64,000 bases of DNA from Alphaproteobacteria bacterium (GCA_964291395.2 OZ219856.1:480001-544000), one strand, 5' to 3'; shown: positions 22,229 to 31,939, counted from the first letter of the stretch. Numbers and translations: made by a program. The notes: a model not told the origin generated them from the sequence alone.

Positions 22229-23620
22229 ATGGCCGTTCAGGAGCTCGATACCGATACCTCGCGTCGGGACTACGAAAAGCTCGCGTTCAACGGATACTAC
22301 ACGCGGGATATCCCGCCGCCGGATCCGCTGATCACCGAAACGGGACCTGGCACGCCCATGGGCGAGTATTTCCGCCGGTTTTGGATCCCCGTTTGTCTGT
22401 CCGAGGAACTCACGGACCTGCCCAAGGCGATCAGGATCCTGAGCGAAGACCTTGTCGCCTTCCGCGACAAGTCCGGCCGGGTCGGTGTGCTGCACCGGCA
22501 TTGCAGCCATCGCGGCACGTCTCTCGAGTACGGGATCGTCTCCGAGCGCGGCATCCGCTGCTGCTACCACGGCTGGCTGTTCGACGTCGACGGCACCATC
22601 CTCGAGACCCCCGGCGAGCCGCCGGACTCGAAACTCAAGGACAGCTTCTATCACGGTGCCTATCCCGCCTTCGAAATGCACGGGCTGGTGCACGCCTACA
22701 TGGGGCCGCCGGAGTTGAAACCGGACAAGCCGCATCTCGACTTCTTCGAGATGCCCGGCGTCCAGTTCGCGCCGTTTGCGATTCCATACGAGAACAACTG
22801 GCTGAACTCCCACGAGAACAACGTGGACCCGGTGCACTCGGTGTTCCTGCACGAACGCTATGCGCTCCACTTCGAGCACCGGGCCTTCGCGGTCCTGCCG
22901 AATCTCAAATGGCGGCTCACCGGCGGCGGCGACGGCATGATGTACATGTCGGTGCGGCGCCTGGACGAGGAATGGATCTGGGCGCGCATCCTTCACTGCC
23001 GGATGCCTTTCGAGAGCTACGTGCCGTCCGTGTGGGATCTGCCGAGGCCGACGTACTATCAGCCCGGCTTCTATCTGCGCCGGATGGTGCCCGTCGATGA
23101 TCGCAATTCCATCTTCTTCGGTTGGCGCGCCCACGGCACGGACCGCTTCGAGGGCGGCGATCCAAAAGAAAACGGCTGGAACCTGATCGACATGGGCGGT
23201 CAGGTCGAAAAGCCGACGTACGAGGAGAAGCAGCGCGAAGCGGGCGACTGGGAAGCCCAGGGAAGCGTCTGGTACGGGGTCCCGCGTCCCGATATCGAGC
23301 ATCCCGGGTCGACGGACGGTGGCGTGATGATGATGCGCCGGGCGCTGCGCAACATCGTCGAGGGCAACGTGCCCGCCGCATGGCCCAAGCCGGAAGGCAG
23401 CGATGGCGACAAGCCGGCGCCTACGAAGATCCTGTCCCAGGATTCCGTGCTCAACATCAGGGAGCGCCCGGATCCCGACGAGGACTGGGAGTTGCTCGGC
23501 ACGATCGGCGAAGAGATCACCGAAGTCGTGATCGAGGGCAGCGGGAAGTTCGTTGGCCCGGAGCGCGACGACTGGATCATCGAGCGGATCAGGAAGATCG
23601 AGGCCGAGTATCGCGGCTGA
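22229..23620 (+). CDS. Rieske non-heme iron oxygenase alpha subunit (phthalate 4,5-dioxygenase / LigX-like group)
   Basis: TGPGTPMGEYFRRFW start, Rieske CSHRG...CCYHGW and mononuclear-Fe ENNVDPVH..FLH motifs. Confidence 0.9.
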   Translation: MAVQELDTDTSRRDYEKLAFNGYYTRDIPPPDPLITETGPGTPMGEYFRRFWIPVCLSEELTDLPKAIRILSEDLVAFRDKSGRVGVLHRHCSHRGTSLEYGIVSERGIRCCYHGWLFDVDGTILETPGEPPDSKLKDSFYHGAYPAFEMHGLVHAYMGPPELKPDKPHLDFFEMPGVQFAPFAIPYENNWLNSHENNVDPVHSVFLHERYALHFEHRAFAVLPNLKWRLTGGGDGMMYMSVRRLDEEWIWARILHCRMPFESYVPSVWDLPRPTYYQPGFYLRRMVPVDDRNSIFFGWRAHGTDRFEGGDPKENGWNLIDMGGQVEKPTYEEKQREAGDWEAQGSVWYGVPRPDIEHPGSTDGGVMMMRRALRNIVEGNVPAAWPKPEGSDGDKPAPTKILSQDSVLNIRERPDPDEDWELLGTIGEEITEVVIEGSGKFVGPERDDWIIERIRKIEAEYRG

Positions 23621-23727
23621 CGGCACGCGGGCCGTTCCCGTCGCCCTCTCCGGCAAGTCCGGTCAGGAGGGGAGGGCCGCATGATCGGAACGGCGACATG
23701 GCGAACGTCGGGGACGGAGAGAACGAC

Positions 23728-24453
23728 ATGGCCAAGGCACCAGCGAAATCGAAAGCCGAGCGTGTACCCATCCCGGTCAAGCGGGGCCGCAAGCTGAAGC
23801 AGATCAAGGGCTATGGCGTGCAGAGCAAGAGAACGCCGAGCCGGCGTTTGCAGAAGCTGGAAACCACGCCGTGGCAGACGTTGGGTCCGTTCTATCCGTA
23901 CGAGTTCCTCATCGAGCCGGGCGAGAACGACATGACGCGGATCGCCAAGGGCAAGCGACGCGCCAAGGGCGAAGTCATCGACGTCGTGGGGCGCGTGCTG
24001 GACGAGGACGGCCGGCCGGTGCGGGGCTGCCTGATCGAGGCCTGGCAATGCAACGCGGCCGGCCGCTACCTGCATGCGGTGGATCAGTCCGACGTGCCTC
24101 TCGATCCCAACTTCACGGGCGTTGGCCGGGTGGTGACGGATGAGGACGGGCGGTACGGATTCCACACGATCAAGCCGGCGCCCTATGCGGTGCCCGGGTA
24201 CGACAGCTGGAAGCGACCCAGGCATATTCACTTCTCCCTTTATGCGGCCGGCATTCTCGATCGTCTGATCACCCAGATGTATTTCCCGGGCGAGCGCTTG
24301 AACCGGCAGGATTTCATGTACAACGCGCTCCCCGACGACAAGGCGCGGCGGGCCCTGACGGGCAAGGCGTCCAAGGGCCCGCGCGGCACGACGACGTACA
24401 CCTTCAACATGGTGCTGCGGGGCTCCCAGGAGACGCCGTTCTTCGAGGTCTGA
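23728..24453 (+). CDS. pcaH: Intradiol ring-cleavage dioxygenase, protocatechuate 3,4-dioxygenase beta-like
   Basis: GPFY, EAWQCNAAGRYLH, DPNFTGVGR, TIKPAPY and RPRHIHFS (2 Tyr / 2 His iron ligands present). Confidence 0.8.
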   Translation: MAKAPAKSKAERVPIPVKRGRKLKQIKGYGVQSKRTPSRRLQKLETTPWQTLGPFYPYEFLIEPGENDMTRIAKGKRRAKGEVIDVVGRVLDEDGRPVRGCLIEAWQCNAAGRYLHAVDQSDVPLDPNFTGVGRVVTDEDGRYGFHTIKPAPYAVPGYDSWKRPRHIHFSLYAAGILDRLITQMYFPGERLNRQDFMYNALPDDKARRALTGKASKGPRGTTTYTFNMVLRGSQETPFFEV

Positions 24454-24518
24454 TCCTCCGTTCGCCGAAGGCTCGGGCTCCAGCCGCTTCACGACGACTC
24501 CGGAGCCGGTAAGGGCCG

Positions 24519-25843
24519 ATGTCGGGCGCTTCCCTGGCCAACCCTCTCGCGGGGATTTTTTCCGAAGAGGGACGCCTCGAACGGTATCTGGCCTTCGAAA
24601 TCGCGCTCGCCGAGGTGGAGGCCGGGCTCGGCCTGATACCCGAGGAAGCCGCCAGGGAGATCGCGCGCGTCGCGACGCTGGAGACGATCGACACGGAAAG
24701 GCTCGACGCCGATACGGAGCGTACCGGGTATCCCGTCGCGCCGATGGTGCGTCAGCTCACGGCGGCTTGCCGCGACGGCTTGGGGCAGTTCGTCCATTGG
24801 GGCAGCACCACGCAGGACGTCATGGATACGGCGATGGTGATGCAGATTCGGGACGCCCTGGTACACGTCGAGAGTGAATTGAAACTTCTGGCGCGGGATC
24901 TCGGCGATCTGGCGGAACGGCACCGGGACACGCTGATGGTCGCGCGCACCTTCGGCGGGTACGCTTTGCCGTTCACCTTCGGTGCGAAGGCCGCCCGGTG
25001 GCTCGCGTCGGTTTGCCGCCACATCGAACGCCTGGAACAGCTTCGTCCCCGTGTTCTCGTGGGCGAGTTCGGCGGCGCCGTGGGGACTCTCGCGTCCTTC
25101 GGCGGACACGGCGCGGAGGTGCGCAAAAGGCTGCTGGCGCGTCTCGAGCTGGCGGAGCCGATCGCCGTTTGGCACGCGGCGAGGGATACGGTTTCGGAGA
25201 CGGCCTGTTTTCTGGGCTTGGTGACGGCGACTCTCGGGAAGATCGGGCACGACGTGGCCGCCTTGTGCGCGAGCGACGTCGGAGAGGTGTTCGAGCCTGT
25301 TTCCGGTGGCCGGGACGCGAGCAGCACGTTGCCGCAGAAGCGGAATCCGGTTTATTCGGGGCGGGTGGTCGCCAACGCGCGAGTCGTCGCGAATCACGTG
25401 TCTCTCGTGCTCGACGCGGCCCGGCAGGACCACGAACGGGGACCGCAGGGGTTCGTCGAGAAGATGATCGTCCGGAGATCTTCATCCTTGCGGGCGAGAC
25501 TCTCGCCACCACGCGCCACGTCGCCGCGGGCCTGCGCGTCGACGAGGAGCGCATGCGCGCCAATCTCGAGGCCTCCGGCGGAGTCGTCATGGCCGAGGCC
25601 GCGACCATGGCGCTCTCGCCGTATCTCGGTCGCCTGAAAGCGAAGGATCTCGTTCACGATGCGTGCGAACGGGTGGATGCGGAGAAAGCGGATCTGGCGT
25701 CCGTTCTCGCGTCGATCCCGCAAGTCGCCGAGCACCTCGGCGGCGAGGCGCTCGCCCGGACCATGGATCCCTCGAACTACCTGGGCACGGTGGGCGAGGA
25801 GGTGGACCGGGTGGTGGCCCGGGCGCGGGAGATCGCCGGATGA
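24519..25843 (+). CDS. pcaB: 3-carboxy-cis,cis-muconate cycloisomerase-like (fumarase/ASL superfamily); frameshift near 25472
   Basis: VHWGSTTQDVMDT, GGAVGTLA, SSTLPQKRNP and QDHER motifs; C-terminus (GLRVDEERMRANL...DPSNYLG) continues in another frame, restored by one extra C. Confidence 0.8.
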
Positions 25844-26724
25844 CGACCGGCATTCCCCGCTGCGAGGGGCCGGACCCCCACCCGGACCCGCCCGGGTTTA
25901 CGCCGCCACCCGGTACTTGCGACACGCACTTCCACGTATTCGGCCCGTCGGACAGGTTTCCCTACGCGGCGGGCCGCAAGTACACGCCGCCCGATTCTCC
26001 GCTGGAAGATTACTTCGTCCTCATGGAAAGGCTCGGTATCGAGCGCGGCGTCGTGGTTCATCCCAACCTGCACGGAAGCGACAACGCGGTTACGCTCGAC
26101 GCCGTCGCCCGGAGCGACGGTCGGTTCCTCGGCATCGTGAAGCTCGACGCCTCCTCCACCTTCGAGGACCTGAGGCATCTGAACGCCCTCGGCGTGCGTG
26201 GTGTCCGGTTCGCCTTCAATCCGCAGCACGGGGGCACCTTCGACTCGGAACTCTTCGATCGAACGGCCGGCTGGTGCGCACGGCTGGGATGGCAGATCGA
26301 GCTGCATTCCGCGCCCGAAGATCTGGTCGGTCTGGCCGAGCGCCTGGCGCGCGCGGACAACCCCATCGTCATCGACCATTTCGGCCGGGTCGACGTTTCC
26401 CTCGGCCTCCGCCAGGAGCCGTTCCGCACGCTGCTCGACCTTGCGAAAGAACCGCACGTCTGGGTGAAGCTCACGGGCGCCGACCGCATCACCAGGGCGG
26501 GTCCGCCCTACGACGACATCGTTCCGTTCGCCCGCGCGCTCATCGAGGTGGCGCCGGATCGAATGGTCTGGGGAACCGATTGGCCCCACTCCGCCTATTT
26601 CGACCGGGCGCGGATGCCGAACGACGGTGCGCTCATGAACCTGATGCCGGCGTTCGCCCCGGATTCCGAGGTGCGCGACCGGATTCTCGCGGACAATGCG
26701 GCGCGCCTGTTCGGGTTTTCTTGA
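25840..26724 (+). CDS. Amidohydrolase_2 lactone hydrolase (LigI / 4-sulfomuconolactone hydrolase-like)
   Basis: CDTHFHVFGP, GVRGVRF, IDHFGR, WVKL and WGTDWPH motifs; ATGA overlap with the pcaB-like gene. Confidence 0.88.
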   Translation: MTTGIPRCEGPDPHPDPPGFTPPPGTCDTHFHVFGPSDRFPYAAGRKYTPPDSPLEDYFVLMERLGIERGVVVHPNLHGSDNAVTLDAVARSDGRFLGIVKLDASSTFEDLRHLNALGVRGVRFAFNPQHGGTFDSELFDRTAGWCARLGWQIELHSAPEDLVGLAERLARADNPIVIDHFGRVDVSLGLRQEPFRTLLDLAKEPHVWVKLTGADRITRAGPPYDDIVPFARALIEVAPDRMVWGTDWPHSAYFDRARMPNDGALMNLMPAFAPDSEVRDRILADNAARLFGFS

Positions 26725-26748
26725 GCACGGGAATCGGGGGGGACGGCC

Positions 26749-27624
26749 ATGAGCGTCGAGATCGAAAAGGTCGATACGGAACGGGACCGGCTGGGCGAGG
26801 GGCCGCTTTGGGACCCGCGGGACCGGGTCCTGTATTGGGTCGACTCGAACGGCTGCCGCATCCGTCGTCTCGACCCGGCCAGCGGCGACGTTCGGAACTG
26901 GCCGGTCTCCGAGCAGATCGGCTCCATGGCCCTGCGCGAGTCCGGCGGTGCGGTGATCGCGCTGAAGTCGGGCTTCCACTTCTTCGACTTCGAGAGCGGG
27001 ACCGCCACGCCGATAATCGATCCCGAGCAGGGCGAGGGGCGTACGCGCTTCAACGACGGCAAGGTCGACAGGCAGGGCCGGTTCCTCGCCGGCTCGATGG
27101 ACATGCCCGGCATGAACGCCTTCCGGGGTTCCCTGTATCGGCTGGACCCGGATCTGAAGCTGACCCGGCTCCGGGAGAACGTCGGGGTCTCCAACGGGCC
27201 TTGCTTCAGCCCCGACGGGAACACGTTCTATTTCGCCGACAGTCCGCGAAGGACGATCTGGGCTTATGACTACGACGGCGCGACCGGCGGCCTGTCCAAC
27301 ATGCGCACTTTCATCGATCTGGAGCCGCTCGACGCCATCCCCGACGGCGCGACGGTGGACGCCGACGGCTGTCTGTGGAGCGCTCTCGTCTCGCGCGGCC
27401 GGATCGGGTGCTTTTCACCGGATGGAGAGCTCGTGCGCACGATCGAAGTGCCCACCGATCACCCGTCCAGCGTCATGTTCGGAGGTCCCGGTCTCGACGT
27501 CCTCTATGTGACGTCCATCTGGGAATGGCAGCAGGTGAAGACCGGAAACGACGCGGACGGTCATCTGTTCGCCGTTCACGGTCTCGGAACCGCCGGTCTT
27601 CCCGAGCCGCGGTTCGCGGGATAG
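26749..27624 (+). CDS. SMP-30 / gluconolactonase / LRE family protein
   Basis: LGEGPLWD, RFNDGKVD, SNGPCFSPDG and PDGATVD motifs. Confidence 0.92.
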   Translation: MSVEIEKVDTERDRLGEGPLWDPRDRVLYWVDSNGCRIRRLDPASGDVRNWPVSEQIGSMALRESGGAVIALKSGFHFFDFESGTATPIIDPEQGEGRTRFNDGKVDRQGRFLAGSMDMPGMNAFRGSLYRLDPDLKLTRLRENVGVSNGPCFSPDGNTFYFADSPRRTIWAYDYDGATGGLSNMRTFIDLEPLDAIPDGATVDADGCLWSALVSRGRIGCFSPDGELVRTIEVPTDHPSSVMFGGPGLDVLYVTSIWEWQQVKTGNDADGHLFAVHGLGTAGLPEPRFAG

Positions 27625-27776
27625 GGCAGCCTTTCGACGGGTTGTCCACCCGGTCCCGACGGGGGAAGCCGGCGTTTGCCGGTTCATCCGTCTCCAGGGA
27701 GCCGGCCGGCCGGACGCATCGCGCCGAGGCCGGAGAGTCCGGCCACGCCCGTGCCGGACATGGCGGTTCCCGGCTC

Positions 27777-29213
27777 TCAGGTGGCCAGGTAGATCGCCTT
27801 GGGTTCGGTGTAGAGCCTGACGCCGTCTATGCCCTTCTCCCGTCCGATGCCGCTCTCCTTCATGCCGCCGAACGGCGTGCTGATGGAGACCTGCTTGTAC
27901 GCGTTGATCCAGACGCTGCCGGCCTCGATCCGCTGGCAGACCCGCCAGGCTTTCGCGAAATCGGACGTCCAGATGCCGCAGGCGAGGCCGTAGACCGTAT
28001 CGTTGGCCTGGGCGACCACGTCGTCCTCGTCGGTGAAGGGCAGGGCGCACAGGACCGGGCCGAAGATCTCCTCCTGGCACGCCCGGGCGCCGTGATGCAG
28101 GCCGCCCACGATCGTCGGCAGGTAGTAGGCGCCCCGTTCGAACCCGGGGCCGTCGGGCGCGCCGCCGCCGGAGATGATCTCGCCGCCTTCGTCGACGGCG
28201 GACGTCACGTATCCGGCGATGCGGTCGCGGTGCTGGAACGAGGCCATCGGCCCCATCTGGGCATTCTCGTCTTCCGGATGTCCGATCCGCCATGCGGCGG
28301 CGAGGGCGGCGAGCTTGTCGATGAATTCGTCCCGGATCGACGCCTCGACGAAGAGACGGGAGCCCGCGATGCACGACTGGCCGTGCGATCCGAAGATTCC
28401 GGAAGCCACGCCGACCGCGGCCTTGTCGAGGTCGCAGTCCGCGAACACCAGGTTGGGCGACTTGCCGCCGAGTTCCAGGGCGGCCGGCACCAGCCGCTCG
28501 CCGGCCGCTCTCGCGATCGCGCGGCCGGATCGGGTGCCGCCCGTGAACGAAACCATGCGCACGTCCGGATGGCGGACGAGCCGGTCGCCCACGTCCGCGC
28601 CGGTGCCGGAAAGGACGTTGACGACACCGGGCGGAATGCCGATGTCCTGGCAGATTCGTCCCATCTCCAGTCCGATCCCCGGTGTCACCTCGGAGGGCTT
28701 CAGTACGACGGAATTGCCGGCCGCCAGAGCGGGAGCGAGTTTCTGGGCGTTGAGCGTGATCGGTGAATTCCAGGGCGTGATCAGGGAGACCACGCCGTAG
28801 GGCTCGTACGAGACCATCGAGACGTAGTCTCCCCGGGGCGGGGTCACTTCCGCTTCCATGGTCTCGCACACGGCGGCGAAGTAGCGGACGATCCCCGCGG
28901 CTTGCTCCACTTGGCCCCGACACTCCGTAATGGTCTTGCCGTTCTCGCGCATCTGAAGGCGGGCGATATCCTCTTTTCGGTCGAGCAGGGTTTGACGGAA
29001 GGCGTAGAGATAATCGGCGCGCTGGTGCGGCTTGAGCGCGCGCCATTCGCCGGAGTAGTAGCTCTCTTTCGCGGCGGCCACCGCGTCGTCGACTTCGGTC
29101 TCCGTGGCGGTGCTGAACTCCGCGTTGAGGGACCCGTCCGCCGGGTTTATGGAGGCGAGGGCGGGTCCGGTCCCTTCGATCCAGTCGCCGCCGATCAACA
29201 TCCGTTCCGACAT
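27777..29213 (-). CDS. Aldehyde dehydrogenase
   Basis: ITPWN, FTGGT, LELGGKSP, GQSC and EEIFGPV motifs. Confidence 0.95.
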   Translation of the reverse strand: MSERMLIGGDWIEGTGPALASINPADGSLNAEFSTATETEVDDAVAAAKESYYSGEWRALKPHQRADYLYAFRQTLLDRKEDIARLQMRENGKTITECRGQVEQAAGIVRYFAAVCETMEAEVTPPRGDYVSMVSYEPYGVVSLITPWNSPITLNAQKLAPALAAGNSVVLKPSEVTPGIGLEMGRICQDIGIPPGVVNVLSGTGADVGDRLVRHPDVRMVSFTGGTRSGRAIARAAGERLVPAALELGGKSPNLVFADCDLDKAAVGVASGIFGSHGQSCIAGSRLFVEASIRDEFIDKLAALAAAWRIGHPEDENAQMGPMASFQHRDRIAGYVTSAVDEGGEIISGGGAPDGPGFERGAYYLPTIVGGLHHGARACQEEIFGPVLCALPFTDEDDVVAQANDTVYGLACGIWTSDFAKAWRVCQRIEAGSVWINAYKQVSISTPFGGMKESGIGREKGIDGVRLYTEPKAIYLAT

Positions 29214-29236
29214 CGAGCCCTCCCTGCCGTCCGGCG

Positions 29237-29304
29237 CCAAGGTTCGCGGCCGGCCAAGATTTGTGACCGGCCAAGGTTCGCGGCCGGCCAAGATTCGCGA
29301 CAGG
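29237..29304. repeat. Four tandem 17-bp imperfect repeats
   Basis: CCAAGGTTCGCGGCCGG / CCAAGATTTGTGACCGG / CCAAGGTTCGCGGCCGG / CCAAGATTCGCGACAGG. Confidence 0.88.
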
Positions 29305-29387
29305 GAAGCGATACTACCATGATCTCCGGTGGCCGGACCGCCGTCGGGAACTCGCGAACGAGGAACGCTTCCCGGCTTCCGGAGCGG

Positions 29388-30047
29388 TCACGCGTGCTCG
29401 ACCGATCCGACGATCCGGTGAATGGCGGTGACCTCCTCTGGAGGGATCTGGATCTCGGCGCGGGGATTCAGCTGTTCCAGCACGACGGAGCGGTCGTTGC
29501 GGCGCGTGAACCGCCTGACCAGGGCCTCGCCGTTCGCTTTCTGGACCACGACATAGCAGCCGCCGGTGACGGGCCGGGCCGGATTGACGTAGAGCAGTTC
29601 CAGCGCCTGATACCTGGGCTCCATGGAACCGCCGGTCATGTAGACCGCATAGGCCTGGGTGGCGCCGGCCAGCAGGGACGGCCGCGCGACGCGTTCCACG
29701 ACTTCGCCGTCGTTGAGGAGCAGGGCCTCGCTCCCGCCCCTCGCGGTACCGAGCACGGGCAGGTCGATGTCGCCGTGGACGGGGCTCTCCCGCACGCGCA
29801 TGCCGGGATCGCCGGAAGCCGCGGGCGATCCCGCGCCTGAGCGCATTGCGAGGTCGGCCTCGTCCGCGATCAGTTCGGTGGGATGGACGCCGAGGCCCGA
29901 AGCGACCCGTTCCATCCATTCCGTGGTCAGCCGGCGATCACCCCGTTCCAGCCGATGGATCTGCTGTGGCGTGGTGCCGATCCGGTCCGCGAGTCTTTGC
30001 AGTGTCAGGCCCTGGCCGCGGCGGAGTTCCTTGATCCTGTTTTTCAT
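29388..30047 (-). CDS. XRE HTH plus S24 peptidase-domain repressor (phage CI / RogA-like)
   Basis: N-terminal HTH (IKELRRGQGLTLQRLA...LERGDR); C-terminal YAVYMTGGSMEP and LEQLNP motifs. Confidence 0.88.
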   Translation of the reverse strand: MKNRIKELRRGQGLTLQRLADRIGTTPQQIHRLERGDRRLTTEWMERVASGLGVHPTELIADEADLAMRSGAGSPAASGDPGMRVRESPVHGDIDLPVLGTARGGSEALLLNDGEVVERVARPSLLAGATQAYAVYMTGGSMEPRYQALELLYVNPARPVTGGCYVVVQKANGEALVRRFTRRNDRSVVLEQLNPRAEIQIPPEEVTAIHRIVGSVEHA

Positions 30048-30260
30048 GATGGCGATATCACCACCAATTTTTACGAGTTTCAACAAAATAATTAACAATA
30101 TACATATTTAATCACCATATTAGACATAATCACCGCTTCGTTGCCGAACGGAACGTCAGGTGCCGGATGCCCCCGGAACGGGCCGGTCCTGTCTCTGCCG
30201 TCGGGCGGGCAGATGACTCCCTCGATCCACCGGGAGCAACGATTCGGTCGGCCGCGGCCC

Positions 30261-30494
30261 CTACCAGCGCACGGCGCTGCGCAGCATCACGCCGTGCTCG
30301 GGCGCATTGTCGTTGGCGCTCTCGCTCAGCGTGCCTTCGAGGCCCAGGGCCGCGTCGGGCGCGATGCTCCAGCGGGCGCCCGCGCGCCACGTCCGCGCGT
30401 CGTCCCCGGCGAGCCCGAGCGCCGCGTAGGGCGTCAGCGTGCCGAGGCCCGCCGGGCCGCCGAGCCCGTAGCCGATCTCGAGGCGGAGTCGCCG
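30261..30494 (-). pseudogene. C-terminal fragment of an autotransporter-like beta-barrel protein
   Basis: RLRLEIGYGL...LTPYA...RTWRAGARW...LGLEG...EHGVMLRSAVRW*: amphipathic strands with terminal Trp; no N-terminus. Confidence 0.65.
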
Positions 30495-30699
30495 AAATAG
30501 TCCGGGTATCCCAGCATGTGATCCAGCATCCTGTTTCGGTAGAGTGATGCGAGACCCCGACACGCTGAGTGCATGTGCCGGGCCACGAATGCGGTGAGGA
30601 AAGATGCGATTTGCTCGGTAAGCGGCGGAGGACCGCACCGACATTTGGCCATCGTCGCGGCCGCGCTGCTAACAGAAAATGGATCTGGCACGACTGTTG

Positions 30700-31005
30700 C
30701 TACGCAGACTGATAACGTTCGACGTCGATCTCATCGGCGCGACGTCGCATCGAATGGCTGTCGTACCAAGCTCCCATGCGCAGCAGCGTATCCATGGAAA
30801 CCCCGAAGGCCTTCTCGATCCTGAGCGCCATTTCCGGGGAGAGGCCGGCTTTCTCGTTGACGAGATCGGACAGCGTTGCCCGTCGTACTCCGAGTATGTC
30901 GGCAGCGCGGGAGACCGAGAGACCCAGTTCATCCAGAATCTCGGTACGGATGAAGCTGCCGGGGTGCGGCGGCGTCATGCCGATGTTCACTTGTTCATCG
31001 CTCAT
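30700..31005 (-). CDS. higA: HigA family antitoxin
   Basis: PPHPGSFIR...LSVSRAADILGVRRATLSDLVNEK..LSPEMALRIEKAFG. Confidence 0.93.
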   Translation of the reverse strand: MSDEQVNIGMTPPHPGSFIRTEILDELGLSVSRAADILGVRRATLSDLVNEKAGLSPEMALRIEKAFGVSMDTLLRMGAWYDSHSMRRRADEIDVERYQSA

Positions 31006-31046
31006 CGGTGGTAGTCCTTCGCATTCAGGTCGTGATTCGTGCCGTC
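31002..31046 (-). pseudogene. HigB toxin C-terminal tail remnant
   Basis: DGTNHDLNAKDYHR* with ATGA overlap into higA; DYH is the HigB terminus. Confidence 0.65.
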
Positions 31047-31067
31047 GGTGGGACGAGCACTCGCCAG

Positions 31068-31223
31068 TCAGCGATAGTCTTCCAGATTCAGGTTCGCAAT
31101 CGTCCCATCCTCAATGTCGAAGGTGATCCGCCAGTTGCCGGAGGCGCTGATGCTCCAGGTTCCGGCCCGGTCGCCGGACAACCGATGGATGCGCCAGCCC
31201 GGAGGATCCTCAATGCCGTCCAT
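31068..31223 (-). pseudogene. higB: HigB toxin with N-terminal half missing (51 aa)
   Basis: MDGIEDPPGWRIHRLSGDRAGTWSISASGNWRITFDIEDGTIANLNLEDYR*. Confidence 0.85.
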
Positions 31224-31229
31224 GTCGGC

Positions 31230-31258
31230 AATGTACGGTAGTGCCGTACGGTCGTCAA
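31230..31258 (-). promoter_or_regulatory. Sigma70 promoter with palindromic operator for the higB-higA remnant
   Basis: TTGACG-17 nt-TACATT on the minus strand; palindrome GTACGG-N5-CCGTAC (31233-31249) lies in the spacer and overlaps the -10 box; ATG 6 nt downstream (leaderless-like). Confidence 0.75.
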
Positions 31259-31400
31259 CCGCAAGGTCGGCAGGTTGGCGCTCAGGTCAACGCCGCGAGT
31301 TTTCCGGATTCCGTTCCGAGGGCATTCCGAAGCCCATTTCGGAAGGGGTTTCTCGAAGAAGCGGGTGGACGGCGCCCTGCGGTGGCCGGTTCTCGATTCG

Positions 31401-31431
31401 CCAAGTCTCGCCTAGTCTCGCCTTGTCTCGC
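31401..31431. repeat. 10-bp minisatellite (CCWWGTCTCG) x3
   Basis: ccaagtctcg cctagtctcg ccttgtctcg; same unit occurs at 51376-51410. Confidence 0.7.
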
Positions 31432-31663
31432 TTCACCCCCCGCACGGACGGTGCCTCGGGCGAGCCGCGGCGGACGCGGATGCCGGTGGTTCAGCCGCCC
31501 CCGTTCATGAACCGCCGGCAACCGCAGCCCAGGCAGGCTCGCGCGGTTGGGCCGCGCACGGCAGGCTCGCTTCACCGCCCGCGCGCCTCGACATGGCGCT
31601 GACCGTCCTGACCCCGGAAAGGCCGTGGCGTACCTGCAGGACCGCGCCGCCCGGCGCGTCGCG

Positions 31664-31921
31664 TCACGCAGCCTGCCGAAGCCGTTCCTGGGCTAGTTCG
31701 TAGGCCGCCTGAAGGCGCATCCAGAAGCCCGCGTCGCTCCAGCCAAGGCGCTCCAGCGCCAGCGCCATCGCCGGCGAGATCCCCGCCTTGCCGTTGAGCA
31801 GCCGCGACAGCGCCTGCCGGGTGCAGCCCAGGCGCAACGCCGCGTCCGTCACCGACAGTTCGGCCGCCTCCAAATTGTCCCGCAGTATCTCGCCCGGGTG
31901 GCAGGGGTTCAGCATCGCCAT
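31664..31921 (-). CDS. higA: HigA family antitoxin (second, orphan)
   Basis: NPCHPGEILR...LSVTDAA.RLG.TRQALSRLLNGKAGISPAMALAL...WMRLQAAY. Confidence 0.93.
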   Translation of the reverse strand: MAMLNPCHPGEILRDNLEAAELSVTDAALRLGCTRQALSRLLNGKAGISPAMALALERLGWSDAGFWMRLQAAYELAQERLRQAA

Positions 31922-31939
31922 CATCCGTTCCTCGTCGTA

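Noticed and set aside
19236-23620. BCCT plus Rieske as a carnitine or glycine-betaine monooxygenase system
   Set aside because: The Rieske sequence is of the phthalate/LigX type and is followed by ring-cleavage genes.
29237-29304. Repeats as a CRISPR array
   Set aside because: Units are contiguous with no unique spacers, and no cas genes are present.
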